A program made the position numbers and the translations under genes. This document shows, piece after piece, positions 8,297 through 10,154 of a stretch of DNA of 10,154 nt. Each line of letters opens with the position of its first letter. The stretch's first letter is position 1. The notes under the pieces are model-generated. The model was given only the letters and a program-made list of their open reading frames with translations, had not been told where the DNA came from and ran no database searches. The stretch comes from a virus (lineage: Duplodnaviria > Heunggongvirae > Uroviricota > Caudoviricetes): the IMG/VR virus record IMGVR_UViG_2671181118_000005; one strand, given 5' to 3'.

Positions 8297-8947
8297 GGGA
8301 TCGACGTGAGAGCTGTCGAACAGGGGGATGATGCGTGGCACAAATTACGGCTCGGCGTCATCACCGCTTCAGAAGTTCACAACGTGATAGCAAAGCCCCG
8401 CTCAGGAAAGAAGTGGCCTGACATGAAAATGTCCTACTTCCACACCCTGCTTGCCGAGGTTTGCACCGGTGTGGCTCCGGAAGTTAACGCTAAAGCACTG
8501 GCCTGGGGAAAACAGTACGAGAACGACGCCAGAACCCTGTTTGAGTTCACTTCCGGCGTAAATGTTATTGAATCCCCGATCATCTATCGCGACGAAAGTA
8601 TGCGCACCGCCTGCTCTCCCGATGGTTTATGCAGTGACGGCAATGGCCTTGAACTGAAATGCCCGTTTACCTCCCGGGATTTCATGAAGTTCCGGCTCGG
8701 TGGTTTCGAGGCCATAAAGTCGGCTTACATGGCCCAGGTGCAGTACAGCATGTGGGTGACGCGAAAAGATGCCTGGTACTTTGCCAACTATGACCCGCGT
8801 ATGAAGCGTGAAGGCCTGCATTATGTCGTGGTTGAGCGGGATGAAAAGTACATGGCGAATTTTGACGAGATGGTGCCGGAGTTCATCGAAAAAATGGACG
8901 AGGCACTGGCTGAAATTGGTTTTGTATTTGGGGAGCAATGGCGATGA
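8293..8947 (+). pseudogene. exo: Lambda-type exonuclease (Red-alpha / Exo), missing roughly its first 10 codons; fused upstream to antisense O/P DNA, with a fortuitous in-frame ATG at 8132.
   Basis: Translation from [31 protein letters not shown]... to ...[14 protein letters not shown] matches lambda Exo as recalled. bet and gam are not upstream where expected. Confidence 0.9.
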
Positions 8948-9009
8948 CGCATCCTCACGATAATATCCGGGTAGGCGCGATCACTTTCGTCTACTCCATT
9001 ACAAAGCGA

Positions 9010-9038
9010 GGCTGGGTATTTCCCGGCCTTTCTGTTAT
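9010..9038 (+). terminator. Candidate intrinsic terminator downstream of exo (lambda tL3-like position).
   Basis: GGCTGGG-TATTT-CCCGGCC hairpin (7-bp stem with one G-U pair) followed by TTTCTGTTAT. Confidence 0.3.
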
Positions 9039-9098
9039 CAGAAATCCACTGAAAGCACAGCGGCTGGCTGAGAAGATAAATAACAAACAGGAGGATAT

Positions 9099-9718
9099 AT
9101 GAGTCAGGTTGGTAATCATTCATTCGAATTTCCGGCATCGCAAGGTGTACAGGGTGGTACTGTTACACTCTTCCTTACCATACCAGGAAGATCGCTGGCT
9201 CGTTTCCTCGCTTCAGATAATTACGGCCATACACTGGAACGCTCTCAGCGAGAAATTAATCCAAATCGAGTACGAAAATTTTTAAATTATCTCACTAACG
9301 CAGACTCAAGAAATGAGCCTTTTATCATTCCCCCTCTCGTAGGTAACTGTGATTCGAATATAGAATTTGTACCGTTTGGCAACACAAATGTTGGTATAGC
9401 CAGAATTCCCCTCGACGCCGAAATAAAACTTTTTGATGGTCAACATCGTGCAGCTGGCATTGAGATATTTTGCCGAAGTTCCCCATCAACGCTCATGGTT
9501 CCCATGATGCTTACAATGAATCTGCCGCTAAAAACCCGGCAGCAGTTCTTTTCGGACATAAATAACAACGTTTCTAAGCCATCAGCGACCATCAATATGG
9601 CGTATAACGGCCGGGATGATATTGCTCAGGGAATGATATCCTTCCTGACCCAACATACTGTATTTGCCGATATAACCGATTTTGAACACAACGTAGTGCC
9701 ATTAAAAAGTAATATGTG
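9099..9718 (+). pseudogene. DGQHR-motif protein (DndB-like, ParB/Srx-fold family), 3'-truncated after about 206 codons by the IS insertion.
   Basis: ATG at 9099 with AGGAGG ribosome-binding site. Translation contains the family-defining FDGQHR motif (…AEIKLFDGQHRAAGIEIF…). The last 16 codons of the track ORF ([16 protein letters not shown]) are encoded by the IS left end, not by the gene. Confidence 0.7.
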
Positions 9719-9772
9719 TGAACCGCCCCGGGAATCCTGGAGACTAAACTTCCTGAGAAAGAGGTAAACAGG

Positions 9773-10099
9773 ATGACTAAAAATACTCGTTTTTCCCCCG
9801 AAGTCCGTCAACGGGCAGTCCGTATGGTTCTGGAAAGTCAGGATGAATATGACTCACAGTGGGCGGCAATTTGTTCCATTGCCCCAAAGATTGGCTGTAC
9901 GCCGGAGACTCTGCGTGTCTGGGTTCGCCAGCATGAGCGGGATACCGGGGGCGGTGATGGTGGGCTCACCAGCGCTGAACGTCAGCGTCTGAAAGAGCTG
10001 GAACGTGAAAATCGTGAACTGCGCCGCAGTAACGATATCCTTCGCCAGGCTTCCGCTTATTTTGCGAAGGCGGAGTTCGACCGCCTCTGGAAAAAATGA
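9773..10099 (+). CDS. IS629-group transposase OrfA (helix-turn-helix plus leucine-zipper subunit), 108 aa.
   Basis: [60 protein letters not shown]... matches IS629 OrfA as recalled. Confidence 0.9.
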   Translation: MTKNTRFSPEVRQRAVRMVLESQDEYDSQWAAICSIAPKIGCTPETLRVWVRQHERDTGGGDGGLTSAERQRLKELERENRELRRSNDILRQASAYFAKAEFDRLWKK

Positions 10100-10154
10100 T
10101 GCCACTGCTGGATAAGCTGCGTGAGCAGTACGGGGTCGGACCGGTATGCAGCGA
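10096..10154 (+). CDS. IS629-group transposase OrfB (catalytic subunit), N-terminal 19 codons only; made as an OrfAB fusion by -1 frameshifting at the A-rich slippery run.
   Basis: The -1 frame reads [19 protein letters not shown], matching the recalled OrfB N-terminus; slippery sequence GGAAAAAATGATG at 10089-10101 overlaps the orfA stop. Confidence 0.7.
   Translation, partial: MMPLLDKLREQYGVGPVCS

Larger units (their letters stand above)
9719..10154 (+). mobile_element. IS3-family insertion sequence of the IS629/IS1203/IS3411 group, left end and first about 435 bp; continues beyond the window.
   Basis: Left terminal sequence TGAACCGCCCCGGGAATCCTGGAGACTAAACTTCC starting at 9719; orfA and the start of orfB match recalled IS629 proteins. 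Confidence 0.85.

Noticed and set aside
7393-8309. Plus-strand ORFs 7393-7578, 7819-8148, 8085-8309 and minus ORF 7553-7744
   Set aside because: Antisense or off-frame within the P and O coding sequences, which match lambda closely.
8627-9138. Minus-strand ORFs 8627-8938 and 8821-9138
   Set aside because: Antisense to exo and to the exo-DGQHR intergenic region.
9719-9767. Last 16 codons of the DGQHR track ORF ([16 protein letters not shown])
   Set aside because: Encoded by the IS left inverted repeat; an insertion artefact, not part of the native protein.
9626-10105. Minus-strand ORFs 9626-9811 and 9854-10105
   Set aside because: Antisense to the DGQHR gene / IS left end and to IS orfA.
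1-10154. CRISPR array, tRNA or rRNA genes, integrase / attachment site
   Set aside because: No regularly spaced direct repeats, no tRNA-like or rRNA-like sequence, and no tyrosine integrase recognised; the integration end of the prophage is probably outside the window.

Overview
This window is a heavily decayed lambdoid cryptic prophage (DLP12-like layout) carrying a foreign cargo island and ending in an IS3-family insertion sequence. All identifications are by reading and translating the sequence and comparing with phage lambda and E. coli K-12 proteins from memory; no searches or computations were run. On the minus strand, from high to low coordinates: a C-terminal remnant of replication protein O, intact P, ren, emrE, a 508-aa large serine recombinase (ybcK-like), a 99-aa orphan, a 169-aa membrane-anchored orphan, an N-terminal remnant of a NinB-family gene, a J (host-specificity) fragment, and a 5'-truncated side tail fibre (Stf-like) gene running off the left edge. 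On the plus strand: a 5'-truncated lambda-type exo, a DGQHR-motif (DndB-family) gene in the accessory slot just downstream of exo, and the IS629-group element (left inverted repeat, orfA, start of orfB) that cuts that gene off and runs off the right edge. At least three deletion joints (exo/O, ninB/J, J/stf) are visible, so the prophage lacks its immunity region, origin, lysis and morphogenesis genes. The best candidates for undescribed biology are the IS-disrupted DGQHR gene and the two orphan genes in the AT-rich cargo island; none can be assigned a function from sequence alone. No tRNA, rRNA or CRISPR array was seen.
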